Origin: an uncultured delta proteobacterium
GTDB taxonomy: Bacteria > Myxococcota > Myxococcia > Myxococcales > Myxococcaceae
DNA length: 64,000 nucleotides
Direction: 5' to 3'
Assembly: GCA_963776345.1 (NCBI GenBank)
Contig: CAVZMH010000019.1
Span: 192,001 to 256,000 of the forward strand
Positions 30,503 through 40,855 of this stretch are shown piece after piece. Every line of letters starts with the position of its first letter. The first letter of the stretch is position 1. A program made the translations under genes and the position numbers. The notes below the pieces were generated by a model, which saw nothing but the letters and a program-made list of their open reading frames with translations, had not been told where the DNA came from and made no database searches.

Positions 30503-30520
30503 TCGCCGCGAGTCGCCGAT

Positions 30521-31702
30521 TCAGCCCTGGGTGACGTCGAGCGGCACCGGCTGCGCCTTCCTCCGCACGAACTCGAAGCAGGCCACCAGCACGGCCGCCA
30601 CCGGGACCCCGAACAGCGCGCCGAGCAGCCCGTAGGTGCGCTCGCCGGCGATCAGCGCGAACACCACCACCACCGGGTGAATGCGCGCCGCCGTGCCCAT
30701 GATCTTGGGATTCAGGAAGTACGCCTCCAGGGCGTGAATGCCGATGATCCAGAACAGCATCCCCAGGCCGGCTCTCCAGTTCTGGGCCAGGCCCATGATG
30801 ACGATGGGCACCGAGCTGATGATGGTGCCGAAGATGGGGATGAGGGCGAAGAAGGTCGCCACCGTCGCCAGCAGGAAGGCGAACTTCACCCCGAAGAGCA
30901 GGAGCCCGGCAAAGGTCAGGACGCCGTTCACCATGCAGATGGTCACCTGGCCCCGGACCACGCCGGCCAGCGAGCGGTCGATCCGGCGGATCAGCACCGC
31001 GGCGTCGGCGGCCCACTCCGGAGGGACCAGCGAGCGGAAGTAGGCGCGGATGCGATCGGCGTCGATGGAGATGAACGCCGCCACCATCAGCATCAGGAAG
31101 AGGGTGAAGACGCCCTTGAAGACGCCGGTGATCAGCGCCCGGGTCATCTCCACCAGCCGGGCCACGTTGGCCCTGGCGACGCCGGAGAAGCGGCCCGCGG
31201 CGTCCTGGATGAGCTGCTCCAGGTCCATCGACAGGCTCCAGCTCGGCCGGCCGGTGTAGGCCTCTGCCGCGTCGGTGCCCTCCAGCGAGCGTGAGGAGAG
31301 CGCGACGGGGACGCCGTGCGAGCTGAGCCAGTCCTCCATCTGCCGGGCGATCTCCTGCACCCGCTCGGGGGTGAGCGACCGGGCGAAGGCGAAGGCATTG
31401 GACGAGATGCGCACCACCTCCCGGTACAGCTGCGGGACGATGGCGATGATGAACAGGTACGAGGCCAGGAAGAAGACCGCGTAGATGAAGAGGATCGCCA
31501 CCCAGCGCGGGATGGGGCGGCCGCCCACCTTCCGCCCGGTGAGCCAGTGGAGGATCGGCGCCACCAGGTAGGCGATCAGCGCCGAGCCGGCGAACGGGAG
31601 GATAGCCGCCGGGAAGACGATCGGCACCACCACCAGCGCGATCCACAGGATGACGAGCAGGGTCGCGCGGCGGCGGAAGGAGAGTGGCTGGGCGTCCGGC
31701 AT
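30521..31702 (-). CDS. AI-2E family transporter
   Basis: 'LAGVVRGQVTIC', 'ALIPIFG', 'LEAYFLNPKIMG...IHPVVVVFALIAG...GLLGALFGVP'. Confidence 0.88.
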   Translation of the reverse strand: MPDAQPLSFRRRATLLVILWIALVVVPIVFPAAILPFAGSALIAYLVAPILHWLTGRKVGGRPIPRWVAILFIYAVFFLASYLFIIAIVPQLYREVVRISSNAFAFARSLTPERVQEIARQMEDWLSSHGVPVALSSRSLEGTDAAEAYTGRPSWSLSMDLEQLIQDAAGRFSGVARANVARLVEMTRALITGVFKGVFTLFLMLMVAAFISIDADRIRAYFRSLVPPEWAADAAVLIRRIDRSLAGVVRGQVTICMVNGVLTFAGLLLFGVKFAFLLATVATFFALIPIFGTIISSVPIVIMGLAQNWRAGLGMLFWIIGIHALEAYFLNPKIMGTAARIHPVVVVFALIAGERTYGLLGALFGVPVAAVLVACFEFVRRKAQPVPLDVTQG

Positions 31703-31765
31703 CCGGCTCGGAGCACGCTTGCCACAGCGTTGCCGGCCGTTCAATCCCGGAGTACCTCTGTTTCC

Positions 31766-33184
31766 ATGGCGGACGGACGGCTGTGGATCGACGGCGCCTG
31801 GGTGAACGGTGAGCACCAGGCCGAGGTGCGCGCGCCGTGGGATGGGCGGCTCCTCCGGCGGGTCGCGCAGGCCTCAGCGGCCCAGGCCGAGCAGGCCCTC
31901 GCGGTGGCCTTCGCCGCGCGCGAGCGGCTCCAGCGCCAGAGCACCGGGAAGCGACGCGAGGTGCTGGAGGGCATCGTGGCCGGGCTGCGCGCCCGCGGCG
32001 AGGAGCTGGCCCAGTCCATCTGCCACGAGGCGGGGAAGCCCATCACCCTGGCCCGGGCCGAGGTGCGGCGCGCGGTCGAGGTGTTCCGGCTGGCGGCCGC
32101 CGAGCTCAGCCGCTTCGGCGGCTCCATCGTCCCGGTGGACCTGGACCCCGGCGCCGAGGGCGTGGAGTGCGAGATCCGCCGCTTCCCCGCCGGGGTGGTG
32201 GTGGGGATCGTCCCCTTCAACTTCCCGCTGAACCTCGGGGCCCACAAGGTCGCCCCGGCGCTGGCGGTGGGCGCGCCGATCGTGGTCAAGCCGCCGCCGC
32301 AGGCCCCGACCGCGCAGCTGCTCCTGGCCGAGCTCGCGCAGCAGGCGGGCGCCGACCCCGCGGCGCTGCAAGTGCTCACCTGCGACAACGCGGTCGCCGA
32401 GCGGCTGGCGACCGACCCCCGGGTGCGGATCCTCTCCTTCACTGGGAGCGCGGCGGTGGGCTGGGCGCTGAAGCAGAAGGCCCCGGGGCGGGTTCTCCTC
32501 GAGCTCGGCGGCAATGCCGCAGCCCTGGTGGGCGCCGACGCCGATCTGGACTGGGCGGCCGAGCGCTGCGTGGCCGCGGGGTTCGGCTACGCAGGCCAGG
32601 TCTGCATCAAGGTGCAGCGGGTGTTCGTCGAGGCCGAGGCCCACGCCGCATTTCTCGAGGGGCTGCTCGCCCGCGCGAAGGCCGTGCCCACCGGGGACCC
32701 CGCCGACGAGCGCACGGTGTGCGGCCCGGTCATCGACGACCGCTCCGCCGAGCGCATCGACGCCTGGGTGGACGAGGCCGTGGCCGGCGGGGCGCGGGTG
32801 CTCAGCGGACGGCGCCGGGAAGGGCGGGTGCTGCAGCCCACGGTGCTCGCCGACGTGCCGGAGGAGTCCCGCGCGGCGCGGGAGGAGATCTTCGGCCCCG
32901 TGGTCGCGGTGTGGCCGGTGGCGGACTGGGAGGCAGGGCTCCGGGCGGTGAACACGGGGGCCTACGGGCTCCAGGCCGGCGTCTTCACCCGCGAGCTGCG
33001 GCGGGTACGCCAGGCGTTCCACAGGCTCGAGGTGGGCGGGGTCATCGTCAACGACGCGCCGAACCTCCGCAGCGACAACATGCCCTACGGCGGCGTGAAG
33101 CGGAGCGGGCTCGGCCGGGAGGGGGTGCGCTACGCCATGGACGAATTCACCGATGCGCGGGTCCTGGTCACCCGGGCGCGCTGA
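31766..33184 (+). CDS. Aldehyde dehydrogenase family protein
   Basis: 'PFNFP', 'FTGS', 'LELGGN', catalytic 'GQVC', 'EEIFGP'. Confidence 0.92.
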   Translation: MADGRLWIDGAWVNGEHQAEVRAPWDGRLLRRVAQASAAQAEQALAVAFAARERLQRQSTGKRREVLEGIVAGLRARGEELAQSICHEAGKPITLARAEVRRAVEVFRLAAAELSRFGGSIVPVDLDPGAEGVECEIRRFPAGVVVGIVPFNFPLNLGAHKVAPALAVGAPIVVKPPPQAPTAQLLLAELAQQAGADPAALQVLTCDNAVAERLATDPRVRILSFTGSAAVGWALKQKAPGRVLLELGGNAAALVGADADLDWAAERCVAAGFGYAGQVCIKVQRVFVEAEAHAAFLEGLLARAKAVPTGDPADERTVCGPVIDDRSAERIDAWVDEAVAGGARVLSGRRREGRVLQPTVLADVPEESRAAREEIFGPVVAVWPVADWEAGLRAVNTGAYGLQAGVFTRELRRVRQAFHRLEVGGVIVNDAPNLRSDNMPYGGVKRSGLGREGVRYAMDEFTDARVLVTRAR

Positions 33185-33193
33185 GGCGACCTG

Positions 33194-33616
33194 ATGGCCA
33201 CCTACCGCTGTCCGTCGTGCGGCGCGTTCAACCGGGTGGGCGCCGGGAGTGGTACCCCGGTGTGCGGCCGGTGCAAGCAGCCGCTGCCCACCAGCGGCGC
33301 GCCCCAGGACGTCGACGGCGCCGCGCTCGCCCGGGCCATCGAGGCCTCTCCGGTGCCGCTGCTGGTCGACTTCTGGGCGCCGTGGTGCGGCCCCTGCCGG
33401 GTGGCGGCGCCGCTGTTCGACCAGGTGGCGCGGCGGCTCGCGGGCGAGGCGGTGGTCCTCAAGGTCGACACCGAGGCGAACCCCGACGCCGGGGCACAGC
33501 ATCAGATCCGCGCCATCCCCACCGCGGTGCTCTTCAGCGGGGGGCGCGAGCAGGAGCGCCGGATGGGCGTGCAGCCGGCGCCCTCGCTCGAGGCGTGGCT
33601 GCGCAACGCGGGCTAG
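33194..33616 (+). CDS. trxC: Thioredoxin with N-terminal Zn ribbon (TrxC-like)
   Basis: CPSC...CGRC, then VDFWAPWCGPC. Confidence 0.88.
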   Translation: MATYRCPSCGAFNRVGAGSGTPVCGRCKQPLPTSGAPQDVDGAALARAIEASPVPLLVDFWAPWCGPCRVAAPLFDQVARRLAGEAVVLKVDTEANPDAGAQHQIRAIPTAVLFSGGREQERRMGVQPAPSLEAWLRNAG

Positions 33617-33641
33617 GGCCTGGCCCGCCCGGGGGCCCTGC

Positions 33642-33872
33642 TCAGGTCTTCGGCGCGGACGGCCCGGACGAGCCCTTCATCGGCGCGCCGAGCAGCGGCC
33701 CGATGAGGCAGATGTTGAGGAGTCCGGTGGCGATCGGCAGCAAGCCCACCACCGCGAGGATCGTCCCGGCCACCCCCTGCACCACGGACAGCCCGACGTA
33801 GATCAGTACTCCACCGGCGACGACGCGCAGGCCGCGTCCTATCGGGGTGGCCATCCATTCGGCGAAGTGCAT
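33642..33872 (-). CDS. DUF2892/YgaP-like small membrane protein
   Basis: Two TM helices. 'GRGLRVVAG...ATGLLNICLIGPLLG'. GGAGGAG RBS. Confidence 0.75.
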   Translation of the reverse strand: MHFAEWMATPIGRGLRVVAGGVLIYVGLSVVQGVAGTILAVVGLLPIATGLLNICLIGPLLGAPMKGSSGPSAPKT

Positions 33873-33903
33873 GGGACTCCTCCGCGAAGACCCGCTTCCA
33901 GGC

Positions 33904-33932
33904 TGAGAGCCAGGGTGTCACGTCCTGGGTTC
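33904..33932 (-). promoter_or_regulatory. ECF-type promoter GAACCC-N16-GCTCTCA (DUF2892 gene)
   Basis: Same motif and spacing recur at 34797 and 42218. Confidence 0.6.
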
Positions 33933-33980
33933 GGGAGGAGGCGAAACTTGCGGCACGGCGTGGTTACACTCCCGGGCGTC

Positions 33981-34784
33981 ATGGCGCGGACGGACGAGGA
34001 GCTGCTGCAGGCGGCGCGGGCAGGCGATGACCAGGCCCTGGAGGCGCTGCTCGCCCGGCACGAGCAGAAGGTCTTCCGCTTCGGCCTGCGGATGTGCGGC
34101 AACGAGGAGGACGCCCGCGACGTGCTTCAAGAAACGCTGCTCGCCGCCTTCAAGGGCGTTCGCCAGTTCCGTGGCGACGCCCAGCTCTCGACCTGGCTGT
34201 ACCAGGTGGCCCGGAGCTTCTGCACCAAGGCGCGCCGCCGCGGAGCGGGCGAGCCCGCCCGGCACGAGTCGCTGGAGGGCGCCGCCGCGCGGGAGGTGAG
34301 CGTTCCGGCCTCCGGCCCCGACGAGCGCGCGCATGCCCGCGAGATGGCCCGGGTGCTCCAGGAGGCGCTGCTGGCGCTCCCGGAGTCCCAGCGGGAGGTG
34401 GTGCTCCTCCGGGACGTGGAGGGCCTCAGCGCGGAGGAGGCCGCACGGGTGGTGGGCATCGAGGTGCCGGCGCTCAAGAGTCGGCTGCACCGGGCGCGGC
34501 TGGCGATGCAGGACCGCATCGCAGGGCTGCTCGGCGCCGACTCCGGCCACCCCGCGGCCTGCCCCGAGCTGGCGCGCGAGCTGCTCACCCGGGACGAGGA
34601 CGAGCTGGACCAGGCGGCGTGTGCGCGTCTGGAGCACCACCTCGAGCGCTGTGCCCACTGCGGTCCGGCCTGCGAGGAGCTGAAGCGGTCGGTGTCCCTC
34701 TGCAAGGCGCTCCCCGGCGGCGGGGTGCCGACCGAGGTGCAGTCGAGGGTGCGGAACGCCCTCCGTGCCGCCGTCCAAGGCTGA
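33981..34784 (+). CDS. ECF sigma factor with fused C-terminal zf-HC2 (ZAS-like) domain
   Basis: Region 2 'DARDVLQETLL...FRGDAQLSTWLYQVAR', region 4 'ALKSRLHRAR', then 'C...LEHHLERCAHC'. Confidence 0.88.
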   Translation: MARTDEELLQAARAGDDQALEALLARHEQKVFRFGLRMCGNEEDARDVLQETLLAAFKGVRQFRGDAQLSTWLYQVARSFCTKARRRGAGEPARHESLEGAAAREVSVPASGPDERAHAREMARVLQEALLALPESQREVVLLRDVEGLSAEEAARVVGIEVPALKSRLHRARLAMQDRIAGLLGADSGHPAACPELARELLTRDEDELDQAACARLEHHLERCAHCGPACEELKRSVSLCKALPGGGVPTEVQSRVRNALRAAVQG

Positions 34785-34796
34785 GCCGCCCTTCGC

Positions 34797-34825
34797 GAAC
34801 CCAACGCCTCGCTCCCGGGCTCTCA
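34797..34825 (+). promoter_or_regulatory. ECF-type promoter GAACCC-N16-GCTCTCA (second thioredoxin)
   Basis: Motif lies directly before the GGAGG RBS (34832) and GTG 34845. Confidence 0.6.
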
Positions 34826-34844
34826 TGCTCCGGAGGTGATCGCG

Positions 34845-35300
34845 GTGGACGTGTACCGTTGTCCCGGGTGCGGCCACTTCGCGCCCGTCGACGCCGAGGC
34901 TCCCAGCGTGCACGGATGCCCGGGGTGCGGTGGGGCGGTCTCCGCCGAGGGAGACCCGCAGGCCGTCTCGCTCACCGCGCTGGGTGAGGCCATCCACGCC
35001 GCCCCCATCCCGCTCCTGGTGGAGTTCTGGGCGCCGGACTGCGAGCCGTGTCTCGCCTCTTCCCTGGTGCTCGACGCGGTCGGCCACCGGCTCGCGGGCG
35101 ACGCCGTGGTGCTCCGGATCGACGTCGAGGAGAACCCCGAAGCCTGCGAGGCGTACGGCGTCCTGGCCGTGCCCACGGTGGTGCTGTTCAGCGCCGGGAA
35201 GGAGCGAGGTCGCCGCGTCGGCCCGCTCCAGGCGCGGGCGCTCGAGGAGTGGGTCCACACCGCCGGGCGGGCCCCGCTCGCTCCCGGTGCTCGCGCCTGA
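34845..35300 (+). CDS. Zn-ribbon thioredoxin-like protein with atypical CEPC active site
   Basis: CPGC...CPGC, 'VEFWAPDCEPC', cis-Pro 'VPT'. Confidence 0.8.
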   Translation: MDVYRCPGCGHFAPVDAEAPSVHGCPGCGGAVSAEGDPQAVSLTALGEAIHAAPIPLLVEFWAPDCEPCLASSLVLDAVGHRLAGDAVVLRIDVEENPEACEAYGVLAVPTVVLFSAGKERGRRVGPLQARALEEWVHTAGRAPLAPGARA

Positions 35301-35330
35301 CCGGGGGCAGCCCCGGGGCCCACCTTGCCG

Positions 35331-35731
35331 CTACTTCCCGGGAGCGCCGGCCTTCTGAACCGCTTCGGGGACGGTGTCCCATTTCCCGCGCACGTCGATG
35401 GCCTGGATGCACTCCGCCTCGCACCGCACCGAGTGGGGCTTCCCGCCCTTGATCCAGTAGAACGAGCCAGGCGGCAGCCTGGTCTCCTTCCCGTCGACGG
35501 TAAGAAGGACGGTGCCCGAGAGGACGTACCCGCCGTGATCCGACGTGTGGTGGTGCGGGCCGCCGTCGAAGTTCTTCGCGTACTTGAGGAAGAAGTGACT
35601 GGGCCAGGTGACCCGTCTTCGGGTCACCTTCGACCACCGCCTGCCAGGCCCCAGGCCTGCTCGGGTTCTCGTTCCATTTCGAGATCGCCCGGAACGACGA
35701 GCGTCGCTCCGGTCAGTCCACGACGAACCAT
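35331..35731 (-). pseudogene. Cupin (DUF4437-like) copy 1: intact C-terminus, frameshifted 5' half
   Basis: 'PHHHTSDHGGYVLSG...GGKPHSVRC'. Multiple indels relative to copy 2. Confidence 0.6.
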
Positions 35732-36393
35732 GCGCAACCCCCTTCGGAGGCGCGCAGGTTGCCAATCCGCGATGCTCGTCCAGAGCGAGATCGCTGCGTG
35801 CAGGGCGACAGAGCCACGCGCTGGGGCGCTGGGCACAACCCGGGAGGCGTCGGCAGAGCCGCTCGCGGTCAGGTGTCCCATTTCCCGCGCACGTCGATGG
35901 CCTGGATGCACTCCGCCTCGCACCGCACCGAGTGGGGCTTCCCGCCCTTGATCCAGTAGAACGAGCCAGGCGGCAGCCTGGTCTCCTTCCCGTCGACGGT
36001 GAGGAGGACGGTGCCCGAGAGGACGTACCCGCCGTGATCCGACGTGTGGTGGTGCGGGCCGCCGTCGAAGTTCTTCGCGTACTTGAGGAAGAAGTGACTG
36101 GGCCCCGTCTTCGGGTCACCTTCGACCACCGCCTGCCAGGCCCCGGGCCTGCTCGGGTTCTCGTTCCATTTCAGATCGCCCGGAACGACGAGCGTCGCGC
36201 CGGTGGTGCTCTCCTCGGCGCTGGCGACCAGTTCACGACGAACCATGCGCAACCCCCTTCGGAGGCCCGCAGGTTGCCAATCCCGCGATTGCTCGTCCAG
36301 AGCGAGATCGTTGCGTGCAGGGCGACAGAGGCACGCGCTGGGGCGGCGGGCACAACCCCGGGGGGGGGCGTCGGCAGAGCCGCTCCGCGGTCA
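35373..36393. repeat. Imperfect direct tandem duplication (~500-520 bp unit)
   Basis: 35373-35872 and 35873-36393 are nearly identical apart from small indels. Confidence 0.9.
35869..36252 (-). CDS. Cupin (DUF4437-like) copy 2, C-terminus cut at the duplication junction
   Basis: Open frame with cupin His motifs. Ends KWDT* where copy 1 continues KWDTVPEAVQK. Confidence 0.65.
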   Translation of the reverse strand: MRMVRRELVASAEESTTGATLVVPGDLKWNENPSRPGAWQAVVEGDPKTGPSHFFLKYAKNFDGGPHHHTSDHGGYVLSGTVLLTVDGKETRLPPGSFYWIKGGKPHSVRCEAECIQAIDVRGKWDT

Positions 36394-36626
36394 GCGCTCT
36401 CGCCGGCCATGTCCGCCGGCCCACCGGACGACCGTGCCGATTGCGATTCCGGAGGTGGCGTCGACGCGTCCAGGGCAGATCCTCGCCATGACGCGCTCCT
36501 TTCGGCCCCGTCCGGACGCGCTGCCGGGCGCCACTCGGTGGCACCATGCCAGAACGCCCGCCGCGGCCGTCATCCCCCGGCTTGCCCACGCGAGAGCTTC
36601 CGCGCCGGTCGTCGAGCTCCCCGGCG

Positions 36627-39600
36627 TTACAGGGGCTTGGGGCTCAGCGCTCCGTGCGCTGGCGGAGCGGCGGAGGGTTCCATCACCACCACCGGCGCGC
36701 CCGGCCCGAGCGCGAACCGGCGCGCGAGCACGGTGTAGAGGACCGGCACTGCGATGCGTGAGAGGAGCGTCGCCGCCACCTCTCCGGCCATCATGCTGAT
36801 CGCCAGCCCCTGGAAGATGGGATCGGCCAGCATCACTGCGCTCCCCACGACCACCGCCGCCGCGGTGAGCAGCATCGGCCGGAAGCGGACGACACCCGCC
36901 TCCTCCACCGCCGCCTCCAGCGGCATCCCCTCCGAAATCTTGAGGCGGATGAAGTCCACCAGGATGATGCTGTTCCGGACGATGATGCCTGCCCCGGCGA
37001 TGAAGCCGATCATGCTGGTGGCGGTGAAGAACGCCCCGAGCAGGCCGTGCGCCGGCAGGATGCCGATCAGGCTGAGGGGGATCGGCAGCAGCACCACCCA
37101 GGGCACCACGAAGCTGTCGAACCAGCCGACGACCAGGACGTAGATCAGCACCAGCACCGCGGCGAAGGCCAGACCGAGGTCCCGGAACACCTCCAGCGTG
37201 ATGTGCCACTCGCCGTCCCACTTCATCGACAGCTTCTCGGTGTCGGCGGGCATGGAGAGGCCGTACCGGGGCACCGTCTCGCCGTGCGGGTGAAGGGCGT
37301 CGAGCTTCCGGTTCAGGTCCATCAGCGCGTAGACCGGGCTCTCCTCCTTCCCCGAGAGCTCGCCGAAGACGTAGCTCACCGGCTCCAGGTTCTTGTGGAA
37401 GCGACGGCTCGCCCCCCGCCTCGGCCGGGCGGACCAGCGTCTCCAGCGGGACTGCCCCGCGCTCGCCCTGCACGGGGATCTGCAGCAGATCGCCCAGGCG
37501 GGCCCGCTGGGCAGGCGCGAGCCCGAGCACGATGGGAACCCGGGTGGTCCCCCGGTCGGTCCGCACCGTCCCCAGCTCCGTCGTGGGCTGGGTCAGCGCC
37601 AGCGCCTCCACCACCGCGGCCGGGTTCACGCCCTGCAGCGCCGCCCGCTCGCGGTCCACCCGGAGCAGGGTGCGCGGGGTGACCGGCTCGAGCGACGAGT
37701 CCACGTCCACCACGCCCGGGGTGCTGCGGAAGGCGTCTCGCACCTGGGCGGCGTAGGCGTCGCGCTCGGCGCCGCTCGGTCCGTAGATCTCGGCCACCAG
37801 GGTGGCCAGGACCGGCGGCCCCGGGGGGATCTCCACCAGCCGGAGCCGGGCCCCGAGCGGTGCGGTGACGGCGGTGAGCTTGGGGCGGAGCGCGCTCGCG
37901 ATCTGATGACTGGAGCGCTTCCGCTCGTGCTTGCTCGCCAGCTGCACCGCGAGGTCCACCTGCTCGGGCGATCCGCGGAGGAAGCTGTGGCGCACCAGGC
38001 CCACGAAGGTGAAGGGGGCCGGGGTGAGCGAGTGCACCTGCACCGAGTGCACGTCAGGGTCCTCCATCAGCGTCCGCCCCAGGCGCTCGCCCACTGCCAG
38101 CGCCTGCTCCCGGGTGCCCCCGGCCGGCAGATCCACGAAGACCTGGAACTCGGATTTGTTGTCGAAGGGCAGCATCTTCACCCGGACGAAGCCGATTCCG
38201 ACCAGAGTCACCGCCCCGGCGAAGAGGGCGAGGATCAGCGCCAGGAAGCCGAGCCGGGCCTTTCCCGAGTGGAGCAGGGTGCGGATGATCCGGCGGTAGA
38301 GCCGCGTGGACCAGGTCTCGCGGGGGACGTCGGACGCGACCTTGTGGTCGTGGCCCAGCAGGCGCAGCGCCGCCCAGGGGGCGACCACGAAGGCCACCGC
38401 CAGCGAGAAGAGCATCGCCAGGCTGGCCCCCGTGGGGATGGGGCGCATGTAGGGCCCCATCAGCCCGCGGACGAAGGCCATGGGGAGGATGGCGGCGATG
38501 ACCGCGAAGGTCGCGAGGATGGTGGGGTTGCCCACCTCGTCGACCGCGTTGAGCACCGTGCGGGCGAGCCCGGTCTTCCGGCCCGGCTCGAAGAGGTGGC
38601 GGTGCACGTTCTCCACCACCACGATCGCGTCGTCCACCAGGATCCCGATGGAGAAGATCAGCGCGAAGAGGGTGATCCGGTTCAGGGTGTGGCCGAGCAG
38701 CTGGTTGATGACCAGGGTCAGCGCCAGGGTCACCGGGACGGCGATCCCCACCACCACCGCCGAGCGCCAGCCCATCGCCAGCCACACCAGGGCCACCACC
38801 GAGAAGGTGGCCACCAGGAGATGGCGGATCAGCTCGTTCGAGCGCTCGCGGGCGGTCTCGCCCGAGTTCCGGGTCAGCTCGGCGTGGACGCTGGCGGGGA
38901 TGAGACCGCCGCGCAGCGCCTGCAGCTTGGTGTTCACCTGGTCAGCGAGGATGGTGGCGTTGGCCCCCCTCCGCTTGGCCACGTCCACCGAGACCGCCTG
39001 CTCGAAGCCCGGGTGCTCCCTGCTCGCGGTGAGGACGATGGCCGGATCGCGCTCCGGCCCGTCGGTCACCTGCGCCACGTCGCCGAGGAGGACCGGCCGT
39101 CCGCCGCGGCGGGCGACCACCAGGCGCTGAAGCGCCTCGGGGCCGCTGACCGCGCTGCTGGCCGAGAGCTCCACCCGCTTGCCCTGGTCCACCAGGCTTC
39201 CGGCGGGGGCCTCGGCGTCGGTGGCCTGGAGCGCCTGGCGGATCTCCCCGAGCGAGAGGTCCAGCTCGCGGAGCCGCCTCGGATCGGGCTCCACCCGGAC
39301 CACCCGGCGTGCCCCGCCCAGCACCTGGACCTGGGCCGCCTCGGGGATGCTCCCCAGCTCCCGGGCCACCTCCTGGCCGAGCTGGCGAAGGACCCCCGGC
39401 GCCAGGTCGCCGCCGTGGAGGGTGACCGTCACCACCGGCACGTCGTCGATCGAGAGCAGGGTGACGGTGGGCCGTCCGGCCCGCGGCGGGAACAGCTCGG
39501 GATGGGCCTCGAGCTCCTGGCGCACCTTCACCAGGCTCGGCTCCAGCGGCTCGTTGACCTTGAAGCGGGCGGTGAGCAGCGCGCCGTCGCTGGCGCTGGT

Positions 39601-39870
39601 CGAGTAGACGTACTCCACGCCGGGGATGCCCCACAGCCGGTGCTCCAGCGCGGTCGTCACCTCGGACTCCACCTCGGCCGGGGAGGCGCCGGGGAGGGGG
39701 ACGAAGACGTCCACCATCGGGACGATGATCTGCGGCTCCTCCTCGCGGGGCGTGGTGAGCACCGACGCCACGCCCACCACCAGCGCCGCGCCCACCCCGA
39801 GCACGGTCAGCCGGGAGTTGATGGTCTTCGCCGCCAGTCGGCCGGCGAGACCCGCGCGCGGCTCAGTCAC
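36627..39870 (-). CDS. RND efflux permease (AcrB/CusA superfamily), frameshifted near 37400
   Basis: '[17 protein letters not shown]' in ORF 36391..39897. C-terminal '[13 protein letters not shown]...RFRPMLLT' is in another frame (36627..37379). Confidence 0.88.
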
Positions 39871-40855
39871 CCGCCACCTCCACCCGCTGCCCGTCACGGA
39901 GCCCCGCCGGGCCGTCGATGATCCGCTCGCCGGGCGCGAGGCCGGCCAGCACCGGAAGCTGATCTCCCTCGGGCTCGCCGAAGCGCAGCCAGCGGAGCGT
40001 GGCCCGGCCGTCGGAGACGACGAAGACCCCGCTCAGGTCTCCGCGCTGGACCAGCGCCGTCCGCGGGACGACCCGCCGGGGCCCGCCGGCGCCGCGGATG
40101 CCGATCCGTCCGAAGTCGCCGCTCCGCAGCGCTGGCGCGTCCTTCGTCGGCCGGGCCCGGAAGGCGCTCCGGTGCGAGAGCGGATCGCCTCCCGACGAGA
40201 GCGCCACCAGCGCCGCCGTCCCCTGGAGGGTCCCGACGCGGAACGGCACCTCGGCGCCCACGGCCAGACCCGCGCTCTCCGTCTCGGAGAGCGTCCCGGT
40301 GAGCTCCAGCGCGGTGCCGTCCAGCTCCACCAGCGGCGCGCCGGGACCGACCAGCGCGCCCCGGCTCACCCACTTGCGCTGCACCACCGCATCGAACGGC
40401 GCGCGGATCGCGGTGTCCGCCAGGGTGGCCCGCGCGGCCTCCACCCGGGCCACCGCCTCCGCCCGTGCGGTCATCGCCGCGTCGATCTCGGTGGCGGTCG
40501 CGGCGCTGGCCGACCTGAGCGACTGGATGCGCCGGACCTGGGACTCGGCCACCTCGAGCTGGCTCTCCGCGGCCCGGAGCGTCGCCTGGACGTCCTCGCC
40601 GGAGAGGCGCACCAGGACGTCTCCGCGGCGGACGCGTGCGCCCTCGTTGACCGAGAGCTCGGTCACCCGGGCGGAGACGCGGGTGGCGAGCACCGCGTGG
40701 TCCACCGCACTGACGGTGGCCGGGACCCAGGTGCGCTCGCCGAGATCCTCGGAGGGCACCAGCCGGACCTTCGCCGCCGGAGTCTCCGGAGCGGGCGGCG
40801 GATGGCTGGCGCTGCAGCCGGCCACGAGCAGGACGAGAACGGCGAGTGGCTTCAC
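39863..40855 (-). CDS. RND periplasmic adaptor (MFP) lipoprotein
   Basis: Lipobox VAGC, 'VNEGARVRRGDVLVRL', 'IRAPFDAVV'. Confidence 0.88.
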   Translation of the reverse strand: MKPLAVLVLLVAGCSASHPPPAPETPAAKVRLVPSEDLGERTWVPATVSAVDHAVLATRVSARVTELSVNEGARVRRGDVLVRLSGEDVQATLRAAESQLEVAESQVRRIQSLRSASAATATEIDAAMTARAEAVARVEAARATLADTAIRAPFDAVVQRKWVSRGALVGPGAPLVELDGTALELTGTLSETESAGLAVGAEVPFRVGTLQGTAALVALSSGGDPLSHRSAFRARPTKDAPALRSGDFGRIGIRGAGGPRRVVPRTALVQRGDLSGVFVVSDGRATLRWLRFGEPEGDQLPVLAGLAPGERIIDGPAGLRDGQRVEVAGD

